Below are positions 9,225-18,607 of a stretch of DNA of 64,000 bases, piece after piece; the first letter of the stretch is position 1; each line of letters opens with the position of its first letter. Position numbers and translations under genes: made by a program. The DNA comes from Candidatus Babelota bacterium (lineage in GTDB: Bacteria > Babelota > Babeliae > Babelales > Vermiphilaceae). The stretch spans positions 369,203 to 433,202 of the forward strand of contig DAOMRS010000001.1 of the NCBI GenBank assembly GCA_035445995.1, given 5' to 3'. The notes under the pieces were generated by a model. The model saw only the letters and a list, made by a program, of their open reading frames with translations, did not search any database and was not told where the DNA came from.

Positions 9225-9620
9225 ATGAAATATGCACATATAGCGTTGATTACCGCTGTTGCGATTGCAAGCCAATCACATGCAGCTGTATTTACGGTAC
9301 AAAACAAGGGATCAAAAGCTATTGAGGCAGCACCTATGTGGTCTGGCAGCTCTGAATCTTATACTACTATCAAACCGGGGCAAGAGGTCCGTTTTGACTC
9401 AGGACTCAATGCGGTAACCGGTATCAGATGGCGTTTGGTAACAAGTAATAATCCAACACAGGGTACCGAATGTTATCAATACTATAAAGCAACTAAAGCA
9501 CCACATTTTGCAGGAGCACTTAACTTGGGCGGTAACATCCAGATACTTGACGCCGGTTCCTACTCATGGTACTTCGGCGTTGATGGATCAGGTTCAGCAG
9601 TTGCAACACCAGGTAGATAA
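9225..9620 (+). CDS. hypothetical small secreted protein
   Basis: ORF 9198..9620. The preferred start is ATG 9225, preceded by AAGGAG. Signal peptide MKYAHIALITAVAIASQSHA. No family recognised. Confidence 0.6.
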   Translation: MKYAHIALITAVAIASQSHAAVFTVQNKGSKAIEAAPMWSGSSESYTTIKPGQEVRFDSGLNAVTGIRWRLVTSNNPTQGTECYQYYKATKAPHFAGALNLGGNIQILDAGSYSWYFGVDGSGSAVATPGR

Positions 9621-9648
9621 CTTATTTTTGAGCTTACCAAAAAAATTG

Positions 9649-9673
9649 AGAGGAGCTTAGGCTCCTCTTTTTC
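9649..9673 (+). terminator. Rho-independent terminator
   Basis: AGAGGAGC-uuag-GCUCCUCU hairpin followed by TTTTT. Confidence 0.7.
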
Positions 9674-9771
9674 TGAGTAATCCTCCCTTACCATTGCCAA
9701 AAGCCCCATTTATGGCAAACTATACATATAATTATCAAATACCTATCCACTTTATTTTATTCGGGGGATAT

Positions 9772-10368
9772 ATGGCAAAAATAGATTTAAACCTTATTCA
9801 AGAACTTCGCCAACGTACCGGTCTTGGCATGATGGATTGCCGCAAAGCATTGGAAGAAACCAATGGCGATATAGAAAAAGCAATCGAATTATTGCGTAAA
9901 AAAGGTGCTGCTGTTGCCGCTAAACGGGCAGACAAAGATACTGCACAAGGGATTGTACACGCGTACATTCACCCGGGTAGTCAACTTGGTGTATTGGTTG
10001 AGCTCAACTGTGAAACAGATTTTGTTGCACGCACACAAGATGTTAAAAACTTCGCACATGATCTATGCATGCACATTGCTGCGCTTAAACCACTTTACCT
10101 TGCGCCAGCAGATGTTGATCCTAAATTTTTAGAACATGAAAAAAGTATTCTAAAAGAACAACTTGCCGGATCAGGAAAACCGGAAAAAATTTTGAATCAA
10201 ATTATCGAAGGTAAAGTAAACAAACTTTATTCAGAAATTTGTTTGCTTAAACAGCCATTCGTTAAAAATGATCAATTTACCGTAGAACAAGCACTCGAAG
10301 AATTAATGGCAAAAACTGGTGAGCGTATTAACATTCGCCGTTTTGCACGGTATGAAATTGGTGCTTAA
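9772..10368 (+). CDS. tsf: translation elongation factor Ts
   Basis: N-terminal UBA-like EF-Ts signature IQELRQRTGLGMMDCRKALEETNGDIEKAIELLRKKG, and NCETDFVAR. The start was moved to ATG 9772 (MAKIDL), preceded by GGGGGA. Confidence 0.92.
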   Translation: MAKIDLNLIQELRQRTGLGMMDCRKALEETNGDIEKAIELLRKKGAAVAAKRADKDTAQGIVHAYIHPGSQLGVLVELNCETDFVARTQDVKNFAHDLCMHIAALKPLYLAPADVDPKFLEHEKSILKEQLAGSGKPEKILNQIIEGKVNKLYSEICLLKQPFVKNDQFTVEQALEELMAKTGERINIRRFARYEIGA

Positions 10369-10370
10369 TA

Positions 10371-11072
10371 ATGGACCCCAAACGCATACTACTTAAACTG
10401 ACCGGCACTATTTTGCTGGATACAGATGGCAAACTCAGCTCTGTGCATATTACACAACTTGTGCGTCAGTTATATGCGTTACGTAGTTCGCATCAGTTTG
10501 GCATTGTAATTGGTGGCGGCAATTTCTTCCGCGGAAACCAACACGGTACCGCGATGGGATTGCAGCCTACCACTGCACATCAGGTTGGCATGCTTGCAAC
10601 CATGATGAATGGACTCATTATACGTAATATATGTACACAACTGGGATTAAACACCAGTGTGCTCTGCGCATTACCATGTCCCACCGTAGGTCAATTGGTA
10701 TCCGAGCACACTATACAACAAGCACAACAACGTGGTGACATTATTATTTTTACGGGTGGCACAGGTAATCCATTTTTTACCACAGACACCACTGCTGTAC
10801 TGCGCGCATTACAAATGGGTGCAGACGAGATCTGGAAAGCAACTGATGTTGATGGAATTTACCACGCAGACCCACGCAAGCAACCTGATGCTCGGTTTAT
10901 ACCGGCTACGACATACAACGAGGCACTCCGTCAAAATTTGGCCATCATGGACAGCACGGCATACACACTCGCCGCACAACATAATTTGGTAATTCGTGTG
11001 TTTAATGCTTTTGCACCTGATGCATTTATACAAGCAGCACACAATCAAACATTTGGCAGTATTTTAGCATAA
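10371..11072 (+). CDS. pyrH: UMP kinase
   Basis: LKLTG..., GIVIGGGNFFRG and FTGGTGNPFFTTDTTA motifs typical of PyrH. It sits in the conserved tsf-pyrH-frr order. Confidence 0.9.
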   Translation: MDPKRILLKLTGTILLDTDGKLSSVHITQLVRQLYALRSSHQFGIVIGGGNFFRGNQHGTAMGLQPTTAHQVGMLATMMNGLIIRNICTQLGLNTSVLCALPCPTVGQLVSEHTIQQAQQRGDIIIFTGGTGNPFFTTDTTAVLRALQMGADEIWKATDVDGIYHADPRKQPDARFIPATTYNEALRQNLAIMDSTAYTLAAQHNLVIRVFNAFAPDAFIQAAHNQTFGSILA

Positions 11073-11083
11073 AGGAAAAATTC

Positions 11084-11674
11084 ATGGCTCTTGAGATCCA
11101 ATTGATAGAAAATGATGTAAAAAGTTTCCAAACTCCTATGGAAGCAGAATTAGAAAAACCGATTAAACACTTCCAGGGTGAATTAGCCAAAATCAGAAGT
11201 GGTCGTGCCCATACTTCTATGATTGAAGATATACAGGTATCAGCATATGGCCAAGCACCTATGGCACTCAAAAATTTGGCTTCCTTGGCGGCACCAGAAG
11301 CACGATTATTAACCATCCAACCATGGGATAGTTCAATCATTGCTGACATTGAACGCGCTATTAACACCTCAGACCTCGGCGTAAAACCTGCAAATGATGG
11401 TTCGATTATTCGTATACAATTGCCGAACGTCAGCGCTGAGCGTCGCGAAGAACTCCTTAAAGTCTTGAATAAAAAGACTGAAGAATGCAGAATTGCAATC
11501 AGAAACATAAGAAAGGACTTCAACAATTTAATCAGAGATGCCAAAAAAGATAAAAAAATATCTGAAAATTTCTTTAACCGCTTGAGCGATGTGCTTCAAA
11601 AAGTAACAGATACCTATATACAAAAGGTAGATGACTTAAGTAAGAAAAAAGAAAAAGATATTACTACATTGTAA
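11084..11674 (+). CDS. frr: ribosome recycling factor
   Basis: IRSGRAHTSMIEDIQVSAYG..., LPNVSAERREEL and IRNIRKD motifs typical of RRF. Confidence 0.92.
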   Translation: MALEIQLIENDVKSFQTPMEAELEKPIKHFQGELAKIRSGRAHTSMIEDIQVSAYGQAPMALKNLASLAAPEARLLTIQPWDSSIIADIERAINTSDLGVKPANDGSIIRIQLPNVSAERREELLKVLNKKTEECRIAIRNIRKDFNNLIRDAKKDKKISENFFNRLSDVLQKVTDTYIQKVDDLSKKKEKDITTL

Positions 11675-11696
11675 AGCTTTTTTTTCTTATAACTTA

Positions 11697-11705
11697 TGCT
11701 ACAAT
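11697..11705 (+). promoter_or_regulatory. candidate extended -10 promoter element for tRNA-Leu
   Basis: TGcTACAAT (TG-n-TAnAAT) lies about 60 nt upstream of the tRNA. No clear -35 box. Confidence 0.3.
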
Positions 11706-11767
11706 AGTCTGCATAAGAATTGAAATATGGGTTGCTCCTGTGGAGTAACCCATCACGTACCAAAATT

Positions 11768-11854
11768 GCAAGAGTGGCGGAATAGGCAGACGCGCTGGAC
11801 TTAGGATCCAGTTCCCGAGAGGGAGTGGGGGTTCGACTCCCCCCTCTTGCACCA
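11768..11854 (+). tRNA. tRNA-Leu (anticodon TAG), CCA encoded
   Basis: Cloverleaf read by hand. Acceptor GCAAGAG/CTCTTGC. Anticodon stem CTGGA/TCCAG with loop CTTAGGA. Long variable arm TCCCGAGAGGGA. T-arm GGGGG-TTCGACT-CCCCC. 3' ACCA. Confidence 0.9.
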
Positions 11855-11870
11855 AAAAAAGGAGCAGGTC

Positions 11871-13253
11871 GTGAAACAAAAAAAAACTGTAATGCAGGCA
11901 TCTGGTGCAAGCACTATAAGTACGTCATCGTATGTAGTTACCCAAGAACAAGATCAATCTTCTCATCACAAATTATCGTTTCAGTTTGAAAAAACTCAAC
12001 CAGAACTTGGCTATGGTCACGTCATTATTCCAGCATCCATCATAGATGTGATGTATCATGAAACTGCACGCACACAACAACGCATCTTACGTGCACCTGG
12101 TTTTTCACTCGGCAATGTTCCTATTGCCTACATACAAAAACATTTACAAACTAATTTAATGGGGCACCTGAAAGAATTCCTATTCAAATATAATGTGCTC
12201 AACAACTTATTCCGCTCTATTCGCGAGGAAAAAATTCCTGTAGCAGGTGCACCACGCCTAACGCAAATCAAACTTAACCCACATGAAGACGCGTATTATA
12301 CGTTCGAACTTTCATTGTTACCTGCAATAGAAATTAACGAATGGAAATATTTACCATTCAAAGCTCCCAAGCGAAAAAATTACAAAGATCTTGATCGTCA
12401 AGTTGAATCATTCGTCAAACAAGAACAAGATGCATTAAAAGAATGCAGTATTGACGGTATTAATGTTGGTGATTGGGTATATTTTTCACTCGCGATTGCT
12501 GATCCAAACAATAAACCGTTAATCAACGGCTATGCAGAACGATTTTGGTTCAAAGTCGGTAATGAAGATGTAGATAATCCGTTACGCTCCATGTTTCTTG
12601 ATAAAAAAATAGGCGACACTTTTTATAGTACAAACATTGGATTACAAACATATTTTGGCAATCAACTTGATACCAATTATAATTTTGAAGTTACTATTAT
12701 TGATATATTACATTATGGGTATTTTTGCTTTGATTTATTCAAACGCCACTTTAGAGCAAAAACTAACAAAGACATGGGCAAAAAACTCATCGAAGTATTT
12801 TCATACCGCAATGACATTTCACAACGCCGCAGTATGGTAGATGAAACACTCAAGCTATTGATTAATAAAAATCGTTTTGATATTCCCAATCATATTATTT
12901 TACGTGAGCAAAAAAATATTCTGGAAATGGTACGCGAGAATCCCGATTACAACGTATATCGCACGCAAAAAAATTTCACCTATCGCGTACGCCAATTAGC
13001 AGAAAAATTAGCAAAAGAACAAACGTTTATAGATCATTTAGCGTATACAGAAAATATTTCGATTGACCCCCAAGAGGTAAAAGCCTACCTTAATTTAACC
13101 TTACGGCCACGCATGCGCGAGTTTTTATACTTTAAGTTCAGCGAACCACTCATCGAAGGCCAAGAGGTCCCTATACCGGAAGAAGAGTTGAACCGTATTG
13201 CACTGCGTGAAAAAGCGATTAACTACGCAATATATCAACTAACGAAGAAATAA
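11871..13253 (+). CDS. tig: trigger factor-like chaperone
   Basis: N-domain resembles the trigger factor ribosome-binding region (APGFSLGNVP in place of GFRxGxxP, then IPVAGAPRL...YYTFELSLLPAIEI). The central FKBP-like block is VGDWVYFSL...FEVTIIDI. The preferred start is GTG 11871, 6 nt after GGAG. The track start at 11847 would overlap the tRNA. Confidence 0.7.
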   Translation: MKQKKTVMQASGASTISTSSYVVTQEQDQSSHHKLSFQFEKTQPELGYGHVIIPASIIDVMYHETARTQQRILRAPGFSLGNVPIAYIQKHLQTNLMGHLKEFLFKYNVLNNLFRSIREEKIPVAGAPRLTQIKLNPHEDAYYTFELSLLPAIEINEWKYLPFKAPKRKNYKDLDRQVESFVKQEQDALKECSIDGINVGDWVYFSLAIADPNNKPLINGYAERFWFKVGNEDVDNPLRSMFLDKKIGDTFYSTNIGLQTYFGNQLDTNYNFEVTIIDILHYGYFCFDLFKRHFRAKTNKDMGKKLIEVFSYRNDISQRRSMVDETLKLLINKNRFDIPNHIILREQKNILEMVRENPDYNVYRTQKNFTYRVRQLAEKLAKEQTFIDHLAYTENISIDPQEVKAYLNLTLRPRMREFLYFKFSEPLIEGQEVPIPEEELNRIALREKAINYAIYQLTKK

Positions 13254-13310
13254 AATCTCCCGCTCCTGGCTTGTCAAAGAGTCACGGGAGAAAAATTATG
13301 AGAAATTATC

Positions 13311-14243
13311 ATGAAAAACAAAATTCACGAACTTATCATCATAGGATCAGGCCCTGCAGGCCTGACCGCGGCAATATATGCCGCACGCGCAAACCTGCAC
13401 CCACTTATTATTGAAGGCAAAGAGCCGGGTGGCCAGCTAATGGGCACAACTGCAGTTGAAAACTGGCCTGGTGAAAAAAATATCATGGGTCCACAGCTGA
13501 TGCTGAATATGAAAGAACACGCCAAACATTTTGGGACTGAATTTTTATCAGAATCAGTCGCACAAGTTGATTTTTCTCATCGACCATTCATGCTCAGAAC
13601 CGATCGCGATAAAGAGCTCAAAGCGCATGCTATTATTATCGCTACCGGCGCTACGCCGAACAAACTGAACTGCCCAGGAGAAGACGAGTATTGGGGCAAA
13701 GGAGTCAGCACCTGTGCCGTATGCGACGGTGCATTCTATGCGGATAAAAAAGTATTGATTGTCGGTGGCGGTGATACCGCTATGGAAGACGCATCTTTCA
13801 TGAAAAAGTTCACTAAAAACATTACTATTGTGCAAATTTCTGATGCACTAACCGCCTCACATGCTATGCAGCAGCGAGTCATTAATGACCCGGATATTAA
13901 TATTATTTATAATGCTACGGTCACCCAAATCCACGGCGATGGTCAGCATGTTACCGGAGCTACCATAACCAACCAAAAAACCAATGAGACTACAAAGCTC
14001 GACGTTGATGGCGTCTTTATAGCCATTGGGCTCAAGCCAAATACAGCTGTTTTTGAGGGGCAACTTGCTATGGGCAAATGGGGGTACCTCGATATAAAAA
14101 ACCATACCCGTACCTCTGTTGAGGGCGTATTTGCAGCTGGCGATGTTTCAGATTACCGCTATAAACAGGCAGTGACTTCCGCCGGGAGTGGATGTATGGC
14201 AGCCTTGGATGCAGAGCGCTATCTAAAAAGCATTGGCAAATAA
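13311..14243 (+). CDS. trxB: thioredoxin-disulfide reductase
   Basis: FAD motif IIGSGPAGLTAA, redox centre CAVCDG and NADPH motif VGGGDTAMEDA. Confidence 0.93.
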   Translation: MKNKIHELIIIGSGPAGLTAAIYAARANLHPLIIEGKEPGGQLMGTTAVENWPGEKNIMGPQLMLNMKEHAKHFGTEFLSESVAQVDFSHRPFMLRTDRDKELKAHAIIIATGATPNKLNCPGEDEYWGKGVSTCAVCDGAFYADKKVLIVGGGDTAMEDASFMKKFTKNITIVQISDALTASHAMQQRVINDPDINIIYNATVTQIHGDGQHVTGATITNQKTNETTKLDVDGVFIAIGLKPNTAVFEGQLAMGKWGYLDIKNHTRTSVEGVFAAGDVSDYRYKQAVTSAGSGCMAALDAERYLKSIGK

Positions 14244-14325
14244 GACGGTGCATATAAGGTTTTATTTGAAAAAACCACAATTTTAGTTACAATAGGGTAT
14301 ATAATAAGCTTATAAAGGACCTATC

Positions 14326-14472
14326 ATGTCAGTAACCGTATTCAAAAAAAGTCTCAAAAAACGTCGTCGCAAACATGGATTCAGAAAACGCATGGAAACT
14401 AAAGATGGCCGCAAAATTCTAAGCCGTCGCCGTGCAAAAGGTCGTAAACGTCTTGCTGTACGCTTCTACTAA
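14326..14472 (+). CDS. rpmH: 50S ribosomal protein L34
   Basis: Manual translation (below the track size cutoff): [48 protein letters not shown]. It sits in the conserved rpmH-rnpA-yidD order. Confidence 0.9.
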   Translation: MSVTVFKKSLKKRRRKHGFRKRMETKDGRKILSRRRAKGRKRLAVRFY

Positions 14473-14484
14473 GAGGTAGAACCG

Positions 14485-14826
14485 ATGGCACGAATCGCCC
14501 GTGAAATTACGCGATTTCCATCAAAAAAAGCTATCGATGAATTATTCAAGAAAGCCCGGCGTGTGGTTCAACATCCGGGCCTTCATCTTTTAGTGGCACC
14601 CAAGCAACGTTCTATTGGGCACGTTTTAATTATCGTTCCTCGTGCAGTTGGCAGTGCACCCGAACGTAACAAAATTCGCCGGCAAATTAAATCTATTGTA
14701 TATGAACACAAACTGTATGACCGTAGTCTTGATTGTATTGCTATTGTCAAAAAAGGAGCAACAGATTTGAGCTTCGAACAATTAAAAGAACTGGTCCTAC
14801 AAGCGTATGATAAGAATCATAAATAA
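14485..14826 (+). CDS. rnpA: ribonuclease P protein component
   Basis: 113 aa basic protein immediately after rpmH. RNR-like motif SAPERNKIRRQIK. Confidence 0.85.
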   Translation: MARIAREITRFPSKKAIDELFKKARRVVQHPGLHLLVAPKQRSIGHVLIIVPRAVGSAPERNKIRRQIKSIVYEHKLYDRSLDCIAIVKKGATDLSFEQLKELVLQAYDKNHK

Positions 14827-14998
14827 ACTGATCATTTTCATTATCTCTGGTTTACGTCCATTACTTGGTCCCGCACATTGCAAATATCCAGTAACCTGTA
14901 CACCATATGCTATTGAACAACTCAACACCCAACCATTACACCGCGCACTAGGGTTAATTATTAGACGCATATTATCATGCAATCCATTTGGAGGATAA
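14807..14998 (+). CDS. yidD: membrane protein insertion efficiency factor YidD
   Basis: CKYPVTCTPYAIEQL...RRILSCNPF matches the YidD C-x-F/Y-x-P-T-C-S/T-x-Y pattern. It overlaps the rnpA end, as is common. Confidence 0.8.
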   Translation: MIRIINKLIIFIISGLRPLLGPAHCKYPVTCTPYAIEQLNTQPLHRALGLIIRRILSCNPFGG

Positions 14999-15000
14999 CT

Positions 15001-16419
15001 ATGATAAAAAGATACGCACGATTATTCATAATCAGTTGTATTACATCGCTATGCTATGGCATGGAACAAGACATAAATCTTGTAGATTTACCAAAAGATA
15101 ATTTTATTGAAATTATCACACAAATAGTCAGAACCACTGGCATACCAGCAATACAAAACAATGCTGACGTTCCGGTCATTGCCAAATACCTTACCTGGTT
15201 ATCATGTACCAACAAAATGTTTTATACCACGGTAAATAATCCTCCTATGGTTCAATTAATCATCAAAGAAATGGCAGCCCGATTTGGCATACCTGAAATA
15301 AACGCTGCACTTCACCTAAAAACTCCTAGCGCACAAGCATGGTTACAGTCACATTTTCTAGATAAACCTGAGGATGTAATCATGACAGGTATAGATTATG
15401 TCTTGCATACTGCCGCACAGGAATTCATTAAAGAACATGCTTTGATACAAATTATATTAACATCTATTCAGATATCTCAAACTACGACTACTCATCGAAC
15501 TATTTTTATGACAACACAAGAAAACAGAGATAGTTCGGATTACGATATCATTTTCTACACACCATGGGGAAAATATACCTATTTAATTAAACCATCCTTA
15601 GGTTGGATTGATGAGATGTTTGATCTTTTTATGCAACATATATGCAATAAGCTATCTGCAACAATTGAGCACATACCAGAAGTAAAATCAGTACCATTAA
15701 AAAAATTAAAAGAAAATAATCTGACAAATAATATCGGTATAGTATTATTTTATCAAAACATATATGAAGATATAGATTATGCTGATGCAAAAAAGCTACT
15801 TACTACCAATCAGGTATTTAGTTGTTATTATGGTCCATGTACATATCGTGTACATACGGTTGCAGGACATAAAATACCCTCTCCAAATATTTTTGATTAT
15901 ACACCATTACAAAGACAAGTACTCGGACAAGTACCTACATACAGACTCCTACCTCGTCAAAAAAACAATGAATCTTTTACTGAACCAGATGAACAACCAT
16001 TGGATACCATAGATCAACTTTCCAATTGGGCAGGTATGAGGCTAGAAAATAAAATGGATAAGCAAATCTATGAGTATGTTATAGATAAATTCAAACCTGA
16101 ATCTATTAATGACTTTATTCAGCTTATTACAACGGGTTGGCAAAGAACAACCTTAGAAAACTGCAGCGGTATTCTATGTAAACTTTCACCAGCAGACTAT
16201 TTTCTTGTAAAAAAAGAATTTGAAATACCCTGCGTATACTCTTTCATGCAATTAATTGCCTATAAACTCAAGCTAACCGGCAAATTAATAAGCACCTGGA
16301 AAAGATATAAGTTTACCGGTAGCGAATTTCATGATGATTCATTCACTGCTTATCTTTGGATTCGCAAAGATGCCTCCGATGAAGTAGTACATAAACTAAA
16401 GTTGCAAATAAATGAATAA
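15001..16419 (+). CDS. hypothetical protein with N-terminal hydrophobic leader and F-box-like motif
   Basis: Start ATG 15001 follows GGAGG. Leader MIKRYARLFIISCITSLCYG, then INLVDLPKDNFIEIITQIV...LSCTNKMFYTTVNNP, which resembles the F-box consensus L-x-x-LP-x-E-[IL]-x-x-I...[VL]-C-K-x-W-x-x-L-V-x-D. The rest is unrecognised. Confidence 0.6.
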   Translation: MIKRYARLFIISCITSLCYGMEQDINLVDLPKDNFIEIITQIVRTTGIPAIQNNADVPVIAKYLTWLSCTNKMFYTTVNNPPMVQLIIKEMAARFGIPEINAALHLKTPSAQAWLQSHFLDKPEDVIMTGIDYVLHTAAQEFIKEHALIQIILTSIQISQTTTTHRTIFMTTQENRDSSDYDIIFYTPWGKYTYLIKPSLGWIDEMFDLFMQHICNKLSATIEHIPEVKSVPLKKLKENNLTNNIGIVLFYQNIYEDIDYADAKKLLTTNQVFSCYYGPCTYRVHTVAGHKIPSPNIFDYTPLQRQVLGQVPTYRLLPRQKNNESFTEPDEQPLDTIDQLSNWAGMRLENKMDKQIYEYVIDKFKPESINDFIQLITTGWQRTTLENCSGILCKLSPADYFLVKKEFEIPCVYSFMQLIAYKLKLTGKLISTWKRYKFTGSEFHDDSFTAYLWIRKDASDEVVHKLKLQINE

Positions 16420-16951
16420 ACATACATTAATCACTCTTCTGCAATCTTACCACCCGTCCGACTCGCATGAACAATCTGTCAAACAACGCATGCTTGAATT
16501 CATGCATCAATACGATAATTGTTTTGAACGTTCACTCACCATTGGCCATTTCACGGCATCTGCATGGTTGCTCAGCAAAGATGGCAACAATGCGCTCCTC
16601 ATGCACCATGCAAAACTGAACAAATGGGTACAATTGGGTGGCCATTGTGACGGTGATCACGATGTACTGCGTGTTGCTATTAAAGAAGCTCAAGAAGAAT
16701 CCGGCATGCAACATATTGTTCCCGTACACCACAACATTTTCGATATAGACATACATCTAGTTCCTGCTAATCCAAAAGAAGCAGCACATTACCATTATGA
16801 TGTACGCTTTTTGCTACAAGTTACCAGCAATGAAACCTTCGTACAAAATAGTGAATCAAAAGAATTACGCTGGATTGGTAAAGATCGGAACGAACTACCA
16901 ACAGATCAACCATCCGTTGTACGCATGTTTAATAAATGGCTTATACTATAA
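16412..16951 (+). CDS. NUDIX hydrolase
   Basis: Nudix box GGHCDGDHDVLRVAIKEAQEESGM. Overlaps the upstream gene by 8 nt. Confidence 0.85.
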   Translation: MNKHTLITLLQSYHPSDSHEQSVKQRMLEFMHQYDNCFERSLTIGHFTASAWLLSKDGNNALLMHHAKLNKWVQLGGHCDGDHDVLRVAIKEAQEESGMQHIVPVHHNIFDIDIHLVPANPKEAAHYHYDVRFLLQVTSNETFVQNSESKELRWIGKDRNELPTDQPSVVRMFNKWLIL

Positions 16952-16977
16952 AAAGCCCCTTGGTAACAAGGGGCTTT
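16952..16977. terminator. bidirectional Rho-independent terminator
   Basis: AAAGCCCCUU-gguaac-AAGGGGCUUU hairpin between convergent genes, flanked by A-run and T-run. Confidence 0.7.
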
Positions 16978-17008
16978 GTTTCATCTTAGTTTTGAATTCA
17001 TCAAAAAC

Positions 17009-18421
17009 TTAAAGCAGCTTGCCTGCTAATCTACTCAATTCACTGCGTTCGCTCGTTTCTAAGAACACAGATCCAAACAGCTTTTGACCACGGAATTTTT
17101 CACTCGTGTACACTAAACCGTTACTACCAAAATCCAAATATGGTGAATCGATTTGGTACGGATCACCTGCCAAAATTATTTTACTACCTTCGCCCACACG
17201 AGTAATTAAGGTTTTGACTTCATGCGGCGTTAAGTTCTGCGCCTCATCAATCAAAATAAATTGATACGGTATTGAGCGGCCGCGCATATAGGTAATCGCT
17301 TCCAAACTTACCTTGCCTTGGTGCATCAGTGTATCGAGTGATGCAAGTCCACCGGTTGATTTGCGATATTTTTTGCGTGCTTTGCCCTTGCGCCTGCCAT
17401 GCTCAGTTTCCAACTCTTCAAAGTGGTGTGCAACATTAACCTCATGCATAATGAATTCCATGTTGTCGTAAATTGGCAACATCCAACTGTGGAGTTTTTC
17501 TTCAATCGTACCGGGCACATACCCAATGTCTCTGCCAAGCGGTACTACCGGGCGAGAAATTAACATTTTTTCATACTCATCATCTATAAGTACTTGATGC
17601 AATCCAGCAAGCAATGCCAAAAATGTCTTACCGGTTCCGGCAGGCCCAAGTAAGGTAATCAAATTAATATCATGGTCAGTCAACAAATCAAGTGCCATAA
17701 ATTGCTGCGCATTACGCGGATTGAGTGGCCATTTGAATTCCGGTCGCTCCAATGACTTGAACATACCATCACCCATGTACCTAAACACACGATAACGCTC
17801 TGGATTATGTTCATCTTCAAACAACACATATTGATTTAAACTTAAGTCAGCATCTTCTATCATTGAAGTCAATCGCTCAGACACACCCTGCTTGAGTTCA
17901 GCTCCCGGCACCTTAACACGTGTCCACCCTTGGTAAAATTCCTGCTCGGATATATATTCCTTCATATAATCCTGCACCGCAATACCAAGTGCATCTGCTT
18001 TTACCCGTGCATTCAAATCTTTGGAAATAAACTGCACATCATGACCTTGCTCTTTGAGCATAAATGCTACAGAAACAATGATGTTATCTTCTATGCGTAA
18101 AGAAAATGGCATGATGATTGCTTCATCAGCTGGTGGGAAAAATACTTGGATAATAGTACCATCTTCTAGGGTAACTCCAGTACCCAAAGATCCTCTACCA
18201 CGCAATTCATCCAACAGACGAATGGTCTCACGTGCATTACGCCCGCGATCGGTTCCTTCTTTTTTAAATTTATCTATTTCTTCAAGAACGATTGATGGAA
18301 TTGCAACCCATGATCCTTTGAATGCATACATAGCGGTTGGATCATGAATTAAGACGTTGGTATCAAGGACGTATATTCTTTTTTTTTCTAACCTTGTGGA
18401 TTTTGTCATAATGATTGACAC
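17009..18421 (-). CDS. PhoH-like ATPase with N-terminal PIN domain (YlaK type)
   Basis: PIN-like N-terminus IYVLDTNVLIHD. Walker A GPAGTGKTFLAL. PhoH block YMRGRSIPYQFILIDEAQNLTPHEVKT. Confidence 0.88.
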   Translation of the reverse strand: MSIIMTKSTRLEKKRIYVLDTNVLIHDPTAMYAFKGSWVAIPSIVLEEIDKFKKEGTDRGRNARETIRLLDELRGRGSLGTGVTLEDGTIIQVFFPPADEAIIMPFSLRIEDNIIVSVAFMLKEQGHDVQFISKDLNARVKADALGIAVQDYMKEYISEQEFYQGWTRVKVPGAELKQGVSERLTSMIEDADLSLNQYVLFEDEHNPERYRVFRYMGDGMFKSLERPEFKWPLNPRNAQQFMALDLLTDHDINLITLLGPAGTGKTFLALLAGLHQVLIDDEYEKMLISRPVVPLGRDIGYVPGTIEEKLHSWMLPIYDNMEFIMHEVNVAHHFEELETEHGRRKGKARKKYRKSTGGLASLDTLMHQGKVSLEAITYMRGRSIPYQFILIDEAQNLTPHEVKTLITRVGEGSKIILAGDPYQIDSPYLDFGSNGLVYTSEKFRGQKLFGSVFLETSERSELSRLAGKLL

Positions 18422-18607
18422 CCAGTTAAGAAGTTATTGATATACTACCACTCTCTCTTTTCAAAGAACTGAATTAATCAGCGCTCTTTTGTGGATCCTA
18501 GCATAGGCAAAAGTGGACAGGCAAACATGTATTTTTTTTGGCGACATGTTATACTTGGATCGGTAGAAACAGTCAAAATACTTGAGTGAGTTACGAAGGA
18601 TCTGAGT

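Noticed and set aside
9225-9620. The N-terminus AAVFTVQNKGSKAIEAAPMW of the small secreted protein looked thaumatin-like (ATFxIxNxC..TVWAA).
   Set aside because: The protein is only about 110 aa when mature. It has a single Cys and lacks the conserved disulfide cysteines of thaumatin-like proteins. The resemblance is confined to about 15 residues.
9694-9771. The tsf ORF has a 26-codon N-terminal extension (MPKAPFMANYTYNYQ...).
   Set aside because: EF-Ts homology begins at MAKIDL (ATG 9772), which has a G-rich RBS. The extension overlaps the upstream terminator region.
11847-11870. The track start codon of the trigger-factor-like ORF lies at 11847.
   Set aside because: It would overlap the 3' end of tRNA-Leu (11768..11854). 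A GTG at 11871 with a GGAG 6 nt upstream is a better start.
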